A DNA stretch of 64,000 nucleotides from Candidatus Tectimicrobiota bacterium. Its GTDB lineage: Bacteria; JACPUC01. The stretch is taken from positions 124,001 to 188,000 of the forward strand of contig JACPUC010000019.1 in assembly GCA_016192455.1 (NCBI GenBank), in the 5' to 3' direction. The notes beneath the pieces were generated by a model. The model did not search any database. It had not been told where the DNA came from and saw nothing but the letters and a program-made list of their open reading frames with translations. Shown here piece by piece: positions 21,094-30,766 of this stretch. Positions within the stretch are counted from its first letter, which is position 1, and each line of letters begins with the position of its first letter. The position numbers were made by a program, and so were the translations under genes.

Positions 21094-23199
21094 CTAGGAC
21101 TCGGTGGGCGCGGCGGCCGCCATCTCGCGCAACGCTTCCTTGCGGCTGAGCTTGACGCGCCCGTGCGCATCCACATCGATGACCTTCACGTAGGTCTCAT
21201 CCCCTTCGTGCAGCTCGTCGGTGATGTTGCGCACGCGGTAATCAGCGATTTGTGAGATGTGGCACAAGCCATCGGTGCCCGGGAAGATTTCGATGAACGC
21301 CCCGAAGTCCACAATGCGCTTCACCTTCCCCTTGTAGAGCCTGCCGACCTCGGCCTCCTGGGTCAGCTCGCGGATCATGGCGACCGCCTGCTGGGCTCGC
21401 TCGTTGCTCGGGGTGGCGATGAGGATGGTGCCGTCATCGCTGATGTCGATGCTCGACTGCGTCGCCTCGGTGATGCTGCGAATCATCTTGCCGCCGGGGC
21501 CGATCACGTCCCGTATCTTGTCGGGGTTGATCTTGATCGTGAAGATGCGCGGCGCGTAGACGGAGATCTCCGCGCGCGGCGCCGCCAGGGTGGCGTTCAT
21601 CGTCGCCAGGATATGCAAGCGGCCCTGCCGCGCCTGCTCGAGGGCCGGCTCCAAGATGTCGCGGGTGACGCCGTGAATCTTGATGTCCATCTGAATGGCG
21701 GTGATGCCGCGCGCCGTGCCCGCCACTTTGAAATCCATGTCTCCCAGGTGGTCTTCCACGCCGAGGATATCGGAGAGGATGGAGACCTTCTGATCCTTGA
21801 TGAGGCCCATGGCGATGCCCGCCACCGGCGCCCGCAACGGCACGCCGGCGTCCATGAGGGCAAGGGAGCCAGCGCACACCGAGGCCATGGAGGATGAACC
21901 GTTCGACTCGAGCACCTCGGCGACGATGCGCATGGTGTAGGGGAACTCCGTGGCGGTCGGCAGCAGCGACTGCAGGGCGCGCTCCGCCAGGGCGCCATGG
22001 CCGATCTCGCGCCGGCCGACGCCGCGGATGGGATTTGCCTCACCCACGCTGAATCCCGGAAAGTTGTAGTGCAGGGTGAAGCGCTTCGAGGATTTCCCCA
22101 GCAGGCCGTCGGTGCGCTGCTCGTCCTCGGAGGTTCCCAGGGTGACGATGGCCAGCGCCTGGGTCTCGCCGCGCGTGAACAGGGCCGAGCCGTGCGGCCG
22201 CGGGAACAAGCCGGCGCGGCAGGAGACGGGGCGGATGTCCGTCAGCCCGCGTCCATCAGCCCGCAGCCCCTTCTCCGTGATCAGGGCGCGCAGCTCCTCC
22301 TTCTCGAAGGCGCGGTAAATGTCCCGCACGTCAAGCGCCCCCTCCGCGTCATCCTCCTGGATTTTCAGCAGGGTCTCCTCGAGGACCGCATCGAGCCGAT
22401 TCTGCCGCTCGTGCTTCTGCGCGATGACGAGCGCCTCCTTGATCTTCTCGTGGACCAGCCCACGCACCCGATTGACCAGGTCTGGGTCGAAGCTCTTCGG
22501 CTGCAGGGCCCGCTTTTCCACGCCGCCGCGCCGGACCAGCTCCTCTTGCATGGCGACGATTTTCTGGATCTCCTCGTGGGCCAGCATGAGGGCATCGATG
22601 ATGACGCTCTCGGGTTCCTCGCGCGCCTCTCCTTCCACCATCGAGATGGCGTCAGCGGTTCCCGCCACCACCAAGTTCAGCGTGCTGAGCGCCTGCTCGT
22701 CAATGGTAGGGTTGATGAGCAGCTCGCCGTCAACCCGCCCGACCCGCACACTGCCGACCGGACCAAGGTGGGGGATATCGGAGACGGCCAGCGCCGCCGA
22801 GGAGCCGATGATGCCGAGGGCCTCCGGGTCATTCTGCTGATCCGCCGAGAAGACCAGGGTGTGCACCAGCGTCTCGCACTTGAAGCCATCGGGGAAGAGA
22901 GGACGGACGGAGCGGTCGATGATCCGGCAGACGAGGGTTTCGCGATCACTCAGGCGCCCCTCGCGTTTGATGAAGCCGCCCGGGTAGCGGCCGGCGGCAT
23001 AGGGTTTCTCACGGTACTCAATGGTGAGGGGGAAGAACGAAAGACCTTCACGGCGGATTACCTTGTCGGCGACGGCAGCCGAGAGGAGCGTGGTTTCTCC
23101 GTACGTTACCAGTACTGCTCCGCTTGCTTGCCGGGCGAGCTCTCCCGTCTCCAACGTCAAGGTACGCCCGCCGATCATCGCACTAACCCTGTGTTTCAT
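21094..23199 (-). CDS. pnp: Polyribonucleotide nucleotidyltransferase
   Basis: IDRSVRPLF, FTRGETQ, RREIGHG, ESNGSSS, DILGVEDHLGDMDFK, KH (IGPGG) and S1 domains. Confidence 0.98.
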   Translation of the reverse strand: MKHRVSAMIGGRTLTLETGELARQASGAVLVTYGETTLLSAAVADKVIRREGLSFFPLTIEYREKPYAAGRYPGGFIKREGRLSDRETLVCRIIDRSVRPLFPDGFKCETLVHTLVFSADQQNDPEALGIIGSSAALAVSDIPHLGPVGSVRVGRVDGELLINPTIDEQALSTLNLVVAGTADAISMVEGEAREEPESVIIDALMLAHEEIQKIVAMQEELVRRGGVEKRALQPKSFDPDLVNRVRGLVHEKIKEALVIAQKHERQNRLDAVLEETLLKIQEDDAEGALDVRDIYRAFEKEELRALITEKGLRADGRGLTDIRPVSCRAGLFPRPHGSALFTRGETQALAIVTLGTSEDEQRTDGLLGKSSKRFTLHYNFPGFSVGEANPIRGVGRREIGHGALAERALQSLLPTATEFPYTMRIVAEVLESNGSSSMASVCAGSLALMDAGVPLRAPVAGIAMGLIKDQKVSILSDILGVEDHLGDMDFKVAGTARGITAIQMDIKIHGVTRDILEPALEQARQGRLHILATMNATLAAPRAEISVYAPRIFTIKINPDKIRDVIGPGGKMIRSITEATQSSIDISDDGTILIATPSNERAQQAVAMIRELTQEAEVGRLYKGKVKRIVDFGAFIEIFPGTDGLCHISQIADYRVRNITDELHEGDETYVKVIDVDAHGRVKLSRKEALREMAAAAPTES

Positions 23200-23301
23200 G
23201 AACTGGTCGTCTCCTATTCCCGATGCGAACTGGTGCAGCTACAGACCTAGATCTGATGCGGTTCAAAAAAATACCCCACAATAACCCCAAGGAGGGGAGG
23301 C

Positions 23302-23571
23302 TTACCGCCGCAGCCCGAGCCGTTGGATGAGGGTGGTGTAGGCCGCGGCATCTTCACGCCGCAGGTAATCAAGCAGGCGGCGCCGCTCATTGACCATGCG
23401 CAGCAAGCCGCGGCGCGAATGGTGATCCTTCGTATGCGTCTTGAAGTGTTCGGTAAGGTAGTTGATCTTCTCGGTCAACACGGCAACCTGCACTTCCGGA
23501 GAGCCCGTATCCGTGTCATGCCGCCGGAATGTGCTCTGCAACTCTTGTTTGCGCTCCTTCGTTAGTGCCAC
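23302..23571 (-). CDS. rpsO: 30S ribosomal protein S15
   Basis: [26 protein letters not shown]; 89 aa from GTG after AAGGAG. Confidence 0.97.
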   Translation of the reverse strand: MALTKERKQELQSTFRRHDTDTGSPEVQVAVLTEKINYLTEHFKTHTKDHHSRRGLLRMVNERRRLLDYLRREDAAAYTTLIQRLGLRR

Positions 23572-23664
23572 GCTGAGGAACTCCTTCAAATTCCGTCATG
23601 TCATCGTATCCAAGGGGAGTCTTCCCACTCCCCCGCGGGGCTTCCACCGCGCTCTGTCAGCGAA

Positions 23665-23693
23665 AATATGACATGATCTCCTGCCGTTGTAAA
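23665..23693 (-). promoter_or_regulatory. Putative promoter of rpsO followed by a ~90-nt leader with hairpin
   Basis: TTTACA-N17-CATATT with TG; leader contains GGGGAGT-GGGAAG-ACTCCCC stem. Confidence 0.5.
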
Positions 23694-23772
23694 GCCCTGG
23701 GACTAAAGCCCCGGGACCGCGCCGGGCGAGGTCTGGAGGAAGGCGGCAGGCCGACCTGCAGCGAGGGACCTT

Positions 23773-24780
23773 CTACGCCTCGTCGCTTGCTCCCACCGGA
23801 ACGTCGTCCACCAGCACCCGTTTCGGCCGCACCGCCGCCGCGCCTAGCAAGGCGCCCTTGAGCTGGGCCGAGCTGAGCAACCCCTCGCCGATCGCCAGCA
23901 GGCGCCCTTCGCCGTCGCGCAGGCGCAGCATCGCTCCCTTCTCAAACCCAGCCGCGGGAAGGGAGACGAGCTGGTCGCCCGCCACCGACTGCCCGTGCCG
24001 AAGCTGGGCTTCCCCGCGCTCGGAGACCCGGCAGGGCGGCAGGAAGGAGAGGGCCGTATCGATGCTCACCATGGCGCGCTCCACCTCCCCCAGGCGCGCA
24101 AGCTCCTGCACCTCCTCCAGGCTGATGGCATCAGTCTCACGAAACGGCCCCAGGACGACGCGGCGGAGCTCCTTGAGGTGGGCGCCGCAGGCGAGCTCCT
24201 CGCCGAGGTCGTGGCAGAGGGTGCGCACGTAGGTCCCCGTCGAGCAGGTGACGGCGAAGCTCAGGTGCGTCCCATCGACGCGACGGAGCTCGAAGGCGTG
24301 GATCGTCACCTTGCGCAAGGGGCGATCCACGATGATCCCCTGGCGAGCCAGCCGGTAGAGCCGCCTGCCCTGGTGCTTCAGGGCTGAGTACATGGGTGGC
24401 TGCTGCAGAATCTCGCCGCGGTAGCGCGCCACAACCGCCTCGATCTCCTCGTCCGTAAAGAAAGGCACCGGACGCTCCGCCAGCACGCGTCCCTGCGCGT
24501 CCTGCGTGTCGGTGCTGCGCCCGAGCTCCATGACGCCGTGGTAGGTCTTCGGCGCCAACTGCAGGTACTGGACGATGCGGGTAGCCTTGCCGAAACAGAT
24601 GGGCAGGAGTCCTGCCGCATGCGTATCCAGGATGCCGACATGGCCCGCCTTGCGCCGACCGGTCAACCGGCGAACCTTGAGGAGCGCGGCGTTCGAGGTC
24701 ATCCCCGCCGGCTTCCAGAGGTTGAGCACGCCATCCTGCTGGCGTGGTTTGCACGCTACCGCTGCCTGCTCGTTCATCAT
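23773..24780 (-). CDS. truB: tRNA pseudouridine(55) synthase
   Basis: KPAGMTS, GHVGILD, TDTQDAQG, QQPPMYSALK, CSTGTYVRTL; C-terminal PUA; position after rbfA. Confidence 0.95.
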   Translation of the reverse strand: MMNEQAAVACKPRQQDGVLNLWKPAGMTSNAALLKVRRLTGRRKAGHVGILDTHAAGLLPICFGKATRIVQYLQLAPKTYHGVMELGRSTDTQDAQGRVLAERPVPFFTDEEIEAVVARYRGEILQQPPMYSALKHQGRRLYRLARQGIIVDRPLRKVTIHAFELRRVDGTHLSFAVTCSTGTYVRTLCHDLGEELACGAHLKELRRVVLGPFRETDAISLEEVQELARLGEVERAMVSIDTALSFLPPCRVSERGEAQLRHGQSVAGDQLVSLPAAGFEKGAMLRLRDGEGRLLAIGEGLLSSAQLKGALLGAAAVRPKRVLVDDVPVGASDEA

Positions 24781-24971
24781 CGTCTCGTCAATCCGCTGCC
24801 TGGCCCGCGTCGCCTCCCGGCGCGCCGCGCCGCCGCGCTCATTCAGGGAGCGGCTCCCGGCCTGCTCCTGGCGGCTGGCCACCACGGGTTTTCCGACCGG
24901 TCGGCTGGGGCGGAACCCGGGAGAGAACCCGCGACAGGCGGCTGGGGCACGCGGCGGAAGTGGCCGGTGCT

Positions 24972-25388
24972 TCAGTCGGTGGCTTCCGCATCCTCGTCAA
25001 CAGTCTCGTCGTCCGGCGGGGTATCCGGCGAGTCGGACTGGCTCGCGGCCTCGCCATGCAGCTCATGGAGCACGTGCGTCAGGTGGGCCGCCCGCTCAAT
25101 TGAATCGTCAAGCACGAACTGCAGCACCGGGATGTTCCGCAGCCGCAGCTCCTTGGCAAGGACGCCGCGAATGAAGCCGGCGGCGCTGTTGAGACCCCGC
25201 AGGGTCTGTTCCTTCTGTTCCTCCGAGCCGAGCACGCTCACCTGCACGCGGGCGTGGCGGAGGTCCTTGCTCGTCTCCACGTGGGTGAGCGAGGCGAAGC
25301 CGATGCGCGGGTCCTTCACCTCGCGCAGCAGGATGCGGGCAATCTCGCTCACCAGGAGCTCGTTGACGCGCTCCATGCGGCTGTGCAT
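24972..25388 (-). CDS. rbfA: Ribosome-binding factor A
   Basis: RMERVNE, EVKDPR, SKDLRHARV, LRNIPVLQFVLDDSIE. Confidence 0.96.
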   Translation of the reverse strand: MHSRMERVNELLVSEIARILLREVKDPRIGFASLTHVETSKDLRHARVQVSVLGSEEQKEQTLRGLNSAAGFIRGVLAKELRLRNIPVLQFVLDDSIERAAHLTHVLHELHGEAASQSDSPDTPPDDETVDEDAEATD

Positions 25389-25410
25389 CGTCCGCGGCAC
25401 CCCCGCGCCC

Positions 25411-25728
25411 TCATAGGCTCCTGATCGAGTAGTCGACGATCTCAGCCAGATAGAGCTTGTCGATGAAATCCACCACGGTGCTCAGCGAGCTGTCGCAGAA
25501 GCGCCGGTCATTACTGACGACGGCGATCCCCACCACGGCCATCTGCCAGCTATCGTTCTCGCCGATCTCGGCGATCGAGACGTTGAACTTCTGCTTCACG
25601 CGCTCGATGATCTTCCGCAGCACCTGGCGCTTTCCCTTCAGCGAGCGGTTGCCCGGCAGGCGCAGGCGTAGGATGCAGTAGCTTAAGGCCAGAGAATAAT
25701 CCACCGGGCTCTCGGCTTGGAACCGCAT
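25411..25728 (-). CDS. DUF503 (YlxP-like) protein
   Basis: SLKGKRQV...KFNVSIAEI...WQ motif; canonical position between infB and rbfA. Confidence 0.88.
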   Translation of the reverse strand: MRFQAESPVDYSLALSYCILRLRLPGNRSLKGKRQVLRKIIERVKQKFNVSIAEIGENDSWQMAVVGIAVVSNDRRFCDSSLSTVVDFIDKLYLAEIVDYSIRSL

Positions 25729-25786
25729 GCGCCAGCCGCCTTTCTCCTGCCGTGGTCGCCCCCCCGGATGGAGCCGGCGCCAGCCG

Positions 25787-28540
25787 CTACAGGGTGCGCG
25801 CCTCCTCCTCAACGCGGTAGAACTCCAGGATATCGTTCTGCTTGATGTCGTTGAACTTTTCGATGCTGACGCCGCACTCGAAGCCGCTGCCCACCTCGCG
25901 CACGTCCTCCTTGAAGCGGCGCAGCGACCCGACCTTGCCGGTGTAGACGAGAACGTTATCGCGGTAGATGCGCGCCAGGGCATCGCGGCGCACCAGTCCC
26001 TCGTGCAGGTAACAGCCGGCGACCGCGCCGACTTTTTGGATCGTGAAGACCTCGCGCACCTCGGCGCGCCCGAGCGGAACCTCCTTCTGGCGCGGCGCCA
26101 ACATTCCTTCCAGCGCCGACTTCACGTGGTTCAGCGCGTCGTAGATGACGGAGTAGAGGTTGATCTCCACCTTCTCGCGCGCCGCGAGCTCCTCCGCGCT
26201 CGGCATCGGACGGACGTTGAAGCCGATGATCACGGCGTTGGACGCCGAGGCGAGGAGCACGTCGGAGTCGTTAATCCCGCCCACCGAGGAGTGGATGATG
26301 CGCACGCGCACCTCCTCGTTGCCGAGCTTCTCGAAGGAGGCGCCGAGCACCTCGGCGGAGCCCTGCACATCGGCCTTGAGCACCAGGTTGAGCTCCTTCA
26401 CCTCCCCCTGCTTGATCTTTTCGTAGAGGTCCTCCAGATTGACGCGGGCGCTCTTCGCCAGGCCTGCCTCACGCCGCCGGCTGGCCCGCGCGCTGGCGAT
26501 CTGGCGGGCGCGCTTCTCGTCCTGCATGACGACGAAGAGGTCGCCGGCATTGGGCACCCCGCCGAGGCCGAGCACTTCCACCGGCATGGACGGCGGCGCC
26601 AACTCAACGCGCTTGCCGCGATCATCGAGCAGCGCCCGCACCCGACCGGTGTGCACGCCGCACACGAAGGCATCGCCCACGCGCAGGCTGCCATGCTGGA
26701 TGAGCACCGTCGCCACCGGCCCTTTCGAGCGATCGAGCTTCGCCTCGATGACGACGCCTTTCGCCGTGCGCTGCGGGTTCGCCTTCAGCTCCAAAATCTC
26801 GGCTTGCAGCAAGAGCATCTCTAAGAGGCGATCGGTGCCGAGCTGCTCTTTGGCCGAGACTTCACAAAAGATTGTATCGCCGCCCCACTCTTCGGGCAGC
26901 AGGCCCAGTTCGGTGAGTTCGTGGCGCACGCGTTCCGGGTTGGCGTTCTCCTTGTCGATCTTGTTGATCGCCACCACGATCGGCACCTGCGCGGCGCGCG
27001 CGTGGGCCACCGCCTCGCGCGTCTGCGGCATGACGCCGTCGTCAGCCGCCACCACCAGGATGACGACATCCGTGACCTGGGCGCCGCGCGCCCGCATGGC
27101 GGTGAACGCCTCATGCCCCGGGGTGTCGAGGAAGGTGACGGCGCCGCGCGGCGTCTTCACCAGGTAAGCGCCGATGTGCTGGGTAATGCCGCCGTGCTCG
27201 CTCTCCATCACGTTGGAATTGCGGATGGCATCGAGCAGCTTCGTCTTGCCGTGGTCAACGTGGCCCATCACCGTCACCACCGGCGGCCGCGGCTGCCATT
27301 CCGCGGTCTCCTCCTCGATCTCGGCGAGGACCTCATCCTCCTCCACCGAGACCACTTCCGCCTCGATCTCGAACTTCTTGGCGACCTGCACGGCCGCATC
27401 CGTCTCCACGATCTGGTTGATCGTGGAGATGATCCCCATTTCAAGCAGGTGCCGAATCACCTCGGCGCTCTTCACCTTGAGGAGCTCGGCCAGCTCTTTC
27501 ACGGTGACGGCCTCGCCGATGCGCACTTTCTTCGGAGCGGCTTCAGTGACCTCCGCCGGCGCTGGAGGAGCCTCGCCGGCAGGCGCCGCGGCCGCCGCCG
27601 GGATCGGCGACACCGGCTTGCTCCTCGGCGGTTTGGGTGGCGCGGGCATCCTCTCCCTCGGCGCTCGGCGTGTCGGGGGCGCGGCGTGCCTGGGGGGCAC
27701 TGGTCTCGGCTTCGGCGGCGCGGGCCACACCGGCGCCCGCGGCACCTCCACCTCGGGGAGAGGCGCCGCAATTGTCTCGGCAGCCCCCCCAAGGGGTTCC
27801 TCGACGACGATCTGCCTCGGCTGCTCGGGTATCGGGGCCACGGGCGGGGCTTCGATTGGCATAGTCAGGTCCCTAACGGCAGCCGCTTCTTCTCGTTCCT
27901 CGGCTTCCTCTTTCACCTCGGCCGGAGCGACCACGGCTCCAACGTGAGGTGGGAGTTCCTCTTCTTCGCGCCTGTGCGCGGCGGCTTCTTCCGCAACCTC
28001 AGGCTGCGGGATCACTGCGGCTCCCGCGCGCGCCCTTTCCACCACGTCAGCATAGCCGGGCGCTCGGGACTCCACCCCCTCCTCCTCAGCCGCAGGGGGC
28101 CAGGCCACACCCGGCTTGGCCGGCACCGGCACCTTGGCCTTCGGCGCTTTCGGCAGCACCGCCGCGGCGCCGATGCCGCGTCCCTCTTTCCGGGGCGGCA
28201 ATCCCTTGCTGGGCTCAGCGCGCAGCGGCTGTTTCTTGGGGATGACGAAGGCGCGCGGCGTTGCCTGTGGCGCCGCTTTCTTCATGGGGGTCGCCGGGGG
28301 CGCGGCGGGGGGAGCCGCCACCGCGGTGGCGCCGGCGGCGCGCTCGCCGGCAGGGCTCTGGCGCGCGCCCGAGGACACACCGCCGCGGTTGTAGTAGGCG
28401 CGCAGCTCGCCTGCTACGGACGCGTCGATGGCGTTCATGTGCGTCGTCACGTCGACCCCGCGCTTCTTCAGCTCTGCCATCAACTGCTTGCTATCAATTT
28501 CAAGCTCTTTAGCAAGCTGGTACACCCGAATATTTGCCAT
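25787..28540 (-). CDS. infB: Translation initiation factor IF-2
   Basis: IRVYQLAKEL N-domain, GHVDHGKT, DTPGHEAF, NKID, KADVQGS, SLRRFKEDV. Confidence 0.98.
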   Translation of the reverse strand: MANIRVYQLAKELEIDSKQLMAELKKRGVDVTTHMNAIDASVAGELRAYYNRGGVSSGARQSPAGERAAGATAVAAPPAAPPATPMKKAAPQATPRAFVIPKKQPLRAEPSKGLPPRKEGRGIGAAAVLPKAPKAKVPVPAKPGVAWPPAAEEEGVESRAPGYADVVERARAGAAVIPQPEVAEEAAAHRREEEELPPHVGAVVAPAEVKEEAEEREEAAAVRDLTMPIEAPPVAPIPEQPRQIVVEEPLGGAAETIAAPLPEVEVPRAPVWPAPPKPRPVPPRHAAPPTRRAPRERMPAPPKPPRSKPVSPIPAAAAAPAGEAPPAPAEVTEAAPKKVRIGEAVTVKELAELLKVKSAEVIRHLLEMGIISTINQIVETDAAVQVAKKFEIEAEVVSVEEDEVLAEIEEETAEWQPRPPVVTVMGHVDHGKTKLLDAIRNSNVMESEHGGITQHIGAYLVKTPRGAVTFLDTPGHEAFTAMRARGAQVTDVVILVVAADDGVMPQTREAVAHARAAQVPIVVAINKIDKENANPERVRHELTELGLLPEEWGGDTIFCEVSAKEQLGTDRLLEMLLLQAEILELKANPQRTAKGVVIEAKLDRSKGPVATVLIQHGSLRVGDAFVCGVHTGRVRALLDDRGKRVELAPPSMPVEVLGLGGVPNAGDLFVVMQDEKRARQIASARASRRREAGLAKSARVNLEDLYEKIKQGEVKELNLVLKADVQGSAEVLGASFEKLGNEEVRVRIIHSSVGGINDSDVLLASASNAVIIGFNVRPMPSAEELAAREKVEINLYSVIYDALNHVKSALEGMLAPRQKEVPLGRAEVREVFTIQKVGAVAGCYLHEGLVRRDALARIYRDNVLVYTGKVGSLRRFKEDVREVGSGFECGVSIEKFNDIKQNDILEFYRVEEEARTL

Positions 28541-28627
28541 TGCCTCTCCCCAGTTCCCCGCGTCGCCCGAGCCTCGTTAGCTCGGCACGGACTAAGAATC
28601 CCTCCGCCTCGGCCCGGCGGGCGCAGC

Positions 28628-30322
28628 TTACGGCGCTCGCGGCTCGGGGGAAGCGTCGGCGGCTCCCCCTTCCGGCACAAGGCTCGCGTCAGGTTCCTGA
28701 GCGTCCTCCCCGCCAGGCAGGCCCGCGGCTGGGCTGCGGGGCTCCTGGCTCTCCTCGGATGCCGCAGCCTCGGCGGGCGGTGGCGCGGCCGCCGGCGGCT
28801 CACTTTCGTCCTGGGGCGCCTCAGCGTCGCCCGCGTCGCGCAGTTCCGCCGCCGGCTCCGTGTCGGGTTGGGGCTCGCCGGCGAGGTCCGCCACGGCCGC
28901 AGGCGTCTCCGGGATCTGCTCCTCCTGCGGCTGGGGCGCGGCAGCCGCCGGTTCCGCAACCGCCGCTGCCGATGGCGCCGCCCCCGGGAACTGCAGACGT
29001 TTCTCCAGGCCGCCTCCCAGGGCCGCCGCCAGCAACTGCGCCTGGTGGGCCTTGCGCGCCGCCAGGCAGGCCGCAACCTGCTCCCGCAGGAAGGGAAGGT
29101 ATTCCTCGGTCATGCCGGGAACCTTCAGCAGCTCCTCATCAGTCGCATCACGAATGGCCTGCACCTTCTCGAACCCAGCTTCGCGGAGCTGGGGGAGGAA
29201 CTCCGGGTTGACGCCGGTCAGCGCCTCAAGGGGCACCGGCGCGTCACCGGAGAGCGCCTCGCGGGCAATGCCCAAAGCCGCCGCGGCCACCTCGCTTTCG
29301 CCCCTGACGCTAATCTTCCAGCCGGTGATCCGGGCGGCCAGCCTGACGTTTTGCCCCTTCTTGCCGATGGCCAGGGAGAGCTGATCGTCCGGGATGACGA
29401 CCTCCATCGTTCCCTCCGCATCCTTCTGAATGATCTTCACCGGCTTGGCGGGAGCCAGGGCATTGCGCACGAAGCTCTTCGCGTCTCGATCCCAGGCAAC
29501 GATGTCGATCTTCTCGCCGTGCAGCTCCTGGACGATGGCCTGGACGCGCGAGCCGCGGGTGCCGACGCAGGCGCCGACAGGGTCCACATCCCGATCGTGG
29601 GAGTAGACGGCGATCTTCGAACGCCCGGTCGGCTCGCGCACCGTTCCCTTGATCTCGACGATCCCCTCGGCGATCTCCGGCACTTCCAGCTCGAAGAGCT
29701 TCTCGAGGAGCTTCGGATTCGTGCGCGAGACGATGATCTGCGGTCCGCGCGACTCCTTGCGCACCTCGAGGACGTACACCCGCAGCCGCTCGCCACGCCG
29801 GAAGGTCTCGCGGAAATTCTGCTCGCGCCGCGGCAGCACGGCTTCCGCCTTGCCAAGGTCGATGATGAGGTCGCCGCGTTCGTGGCGCTGGGCCATGCCG
29901 CTCACCAGGTCGCCCTGCCGCTTGTGGTACTCCTCGTAGACCATCTCGCGCTCGGCTTCGCGCACGCGCTGCACGATCACCTGCTTGGCCGTCTGGGCCG
30001 CGATGCGTCCAAACTCCTCGACATCGAGGGAGGTGGTGATGAGGTCGCCGATCTGGGCTTCGGGGTTGATGCGCTTCGCCTGCTCGAGGGTGATCTCGCG
30101 GCCGGGGGAGATGACGCGCTCCACCACCTGCTGGTTGTGAACGAGCTCGATCTGTCCAATCGCCATATCCAGGTGGGCGGTGATATCGGCGTTATGCCCG
30201 TAACGCTTCCGGGCGGCGGTGAGGAGAGCGGCCTTCATCGCCTCGACCATCACCTCTTTCTCAAGCCCCTTTTCGCGGCTGAGCTGGTCGATCATGAAGA
30301 CGAGTTCCTGGTTTACCGACAT
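28628..30322 (-). CDS. nusA: Transcription termination/antitermination factor NusA with acidic low-complexity C-terminal tail
   Basis: FGRIAAQTAKQ, S1, KH domains (GACVGTRGSR, AIGKKGQN), HhH-like acidic repeat; ATG after GGAG. Confidence 0.97.
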   Translation of the reverse strand: MSVNQELVFMIDQLSREKGLEKEVMVEAMKAALLTAARKRYGHNADITAHLDMAIGQIELVHNQQVVERVISPGREITLEQAKRINPEAQIGDLITTSLDVEEFGRIAAQTAKQVIVQRVREAEREMVYEEYHKRQGDLVSGMAQRHERGDLIIDLGKAEAVLPRREQNFRETFRRGERLRVYVLEVRKESRGPQIIVSRTNPKLLEKLFELEVPEIAEGIVEIKGTVREPTGRSKIAVYSHDRDVDPVGACVGTRGSRVQAIVQELHGEKIDIVAWDRDAKSFVRNALAPAKPVKIIQKDAEGTMEVVIPDDQLSLAIGKKGQNVRLAARITGWKISVRGESEVAAAALGIAREALSGDAPVPLEALTGVNPEFLPQLREAGFEKVQAIRDATDEELLKVPGMTEEYLPFLREQVAACLAARKAHQAQLLAAALGGGLEKRLQFPGAAPSAAAVAEPAAAAPQPQEEQIPETPAAVADLAGEPQPDTEPAAELRDAGDAEAPQDESEPPAAAPPPAEAAASEESQEPRSPAAGLPGGEDAQEPDASLVPEGGAADASPEPRAP

Positions 30323-30477
30323 CGGATCTCCTTCGCGGCGGCTGTCGGGCGCTCCCACTTTCTACTTAGAAGGAGAAGACGCTCCGGCGCACGGGCAATC
30401 CCCGGCGCTGCGGCTGCGAGCAGGCGCTCCGCGGGGCAACCCAGCCCTGCGCCCGGTATCGCTCAGCCCCGGCTCAA

Positions 30478-30504
30478 CAAAAAATGGGCCATAGGGCCCA
30501 CTCC
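30478..30504 (-). promoter_or_regulatory. rimP-leader-like hairpin with U-tract (attenuator-like) in the nusA operon leader
   Basis: GGAGTGGGCC-CTAT-GGCCCA-TTTTTTG on the minus strand. Confidence 0.65.
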
Positions 30505-30528
30505 AACACTTGGAGATTGCTTAGCTAA

Positions 30529-30557
30529 AATATAGCTCACGGGAGCGCAAAGTTCAA
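30529..30557 (-). promoter_or_regulatory. Putative sigma-70 promoter of the nusA-infB operon
   Basis: TTGAAC-N17-TATATT just upstream of the leader hairpin. Confidence 0.6.
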
Positions 30558-30766
30558 CATAAAAACGCTGCTTCAACATCTCTATCAACCAGCCAGGAAT
30601 AGGGTAGTTCGCAGCCGCACCAGGGTTGCCCGGCATTGCCGTCCAGCCAGCGAACCTCGGCTCGCCACTCTGCCGCGCATGGCGGCGGGGCGATCGCGCC
30701 CCTGCCGGCGTTCCTCGCCACGCCAGGCCCGAGGTCATCCCAGCTCTCTTCCCGGTTCCAGCGCGG

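Noticed and set aside
27540-28380. Long Pro/Ala/Glu-rich region of IF-2 and similar NusA tail
   Set aside because: Variable low-complexity regions are normal for these proteins
26921-30535. 1204-aa plus-strand ORF and other long antisense ORFs (e.g. 40430-43438, 46692-49859, 16918-18666, 4555-6756)
   Set aside because: Shadow frames of well-supported genes in high-GC DNA; no recognisable motifs
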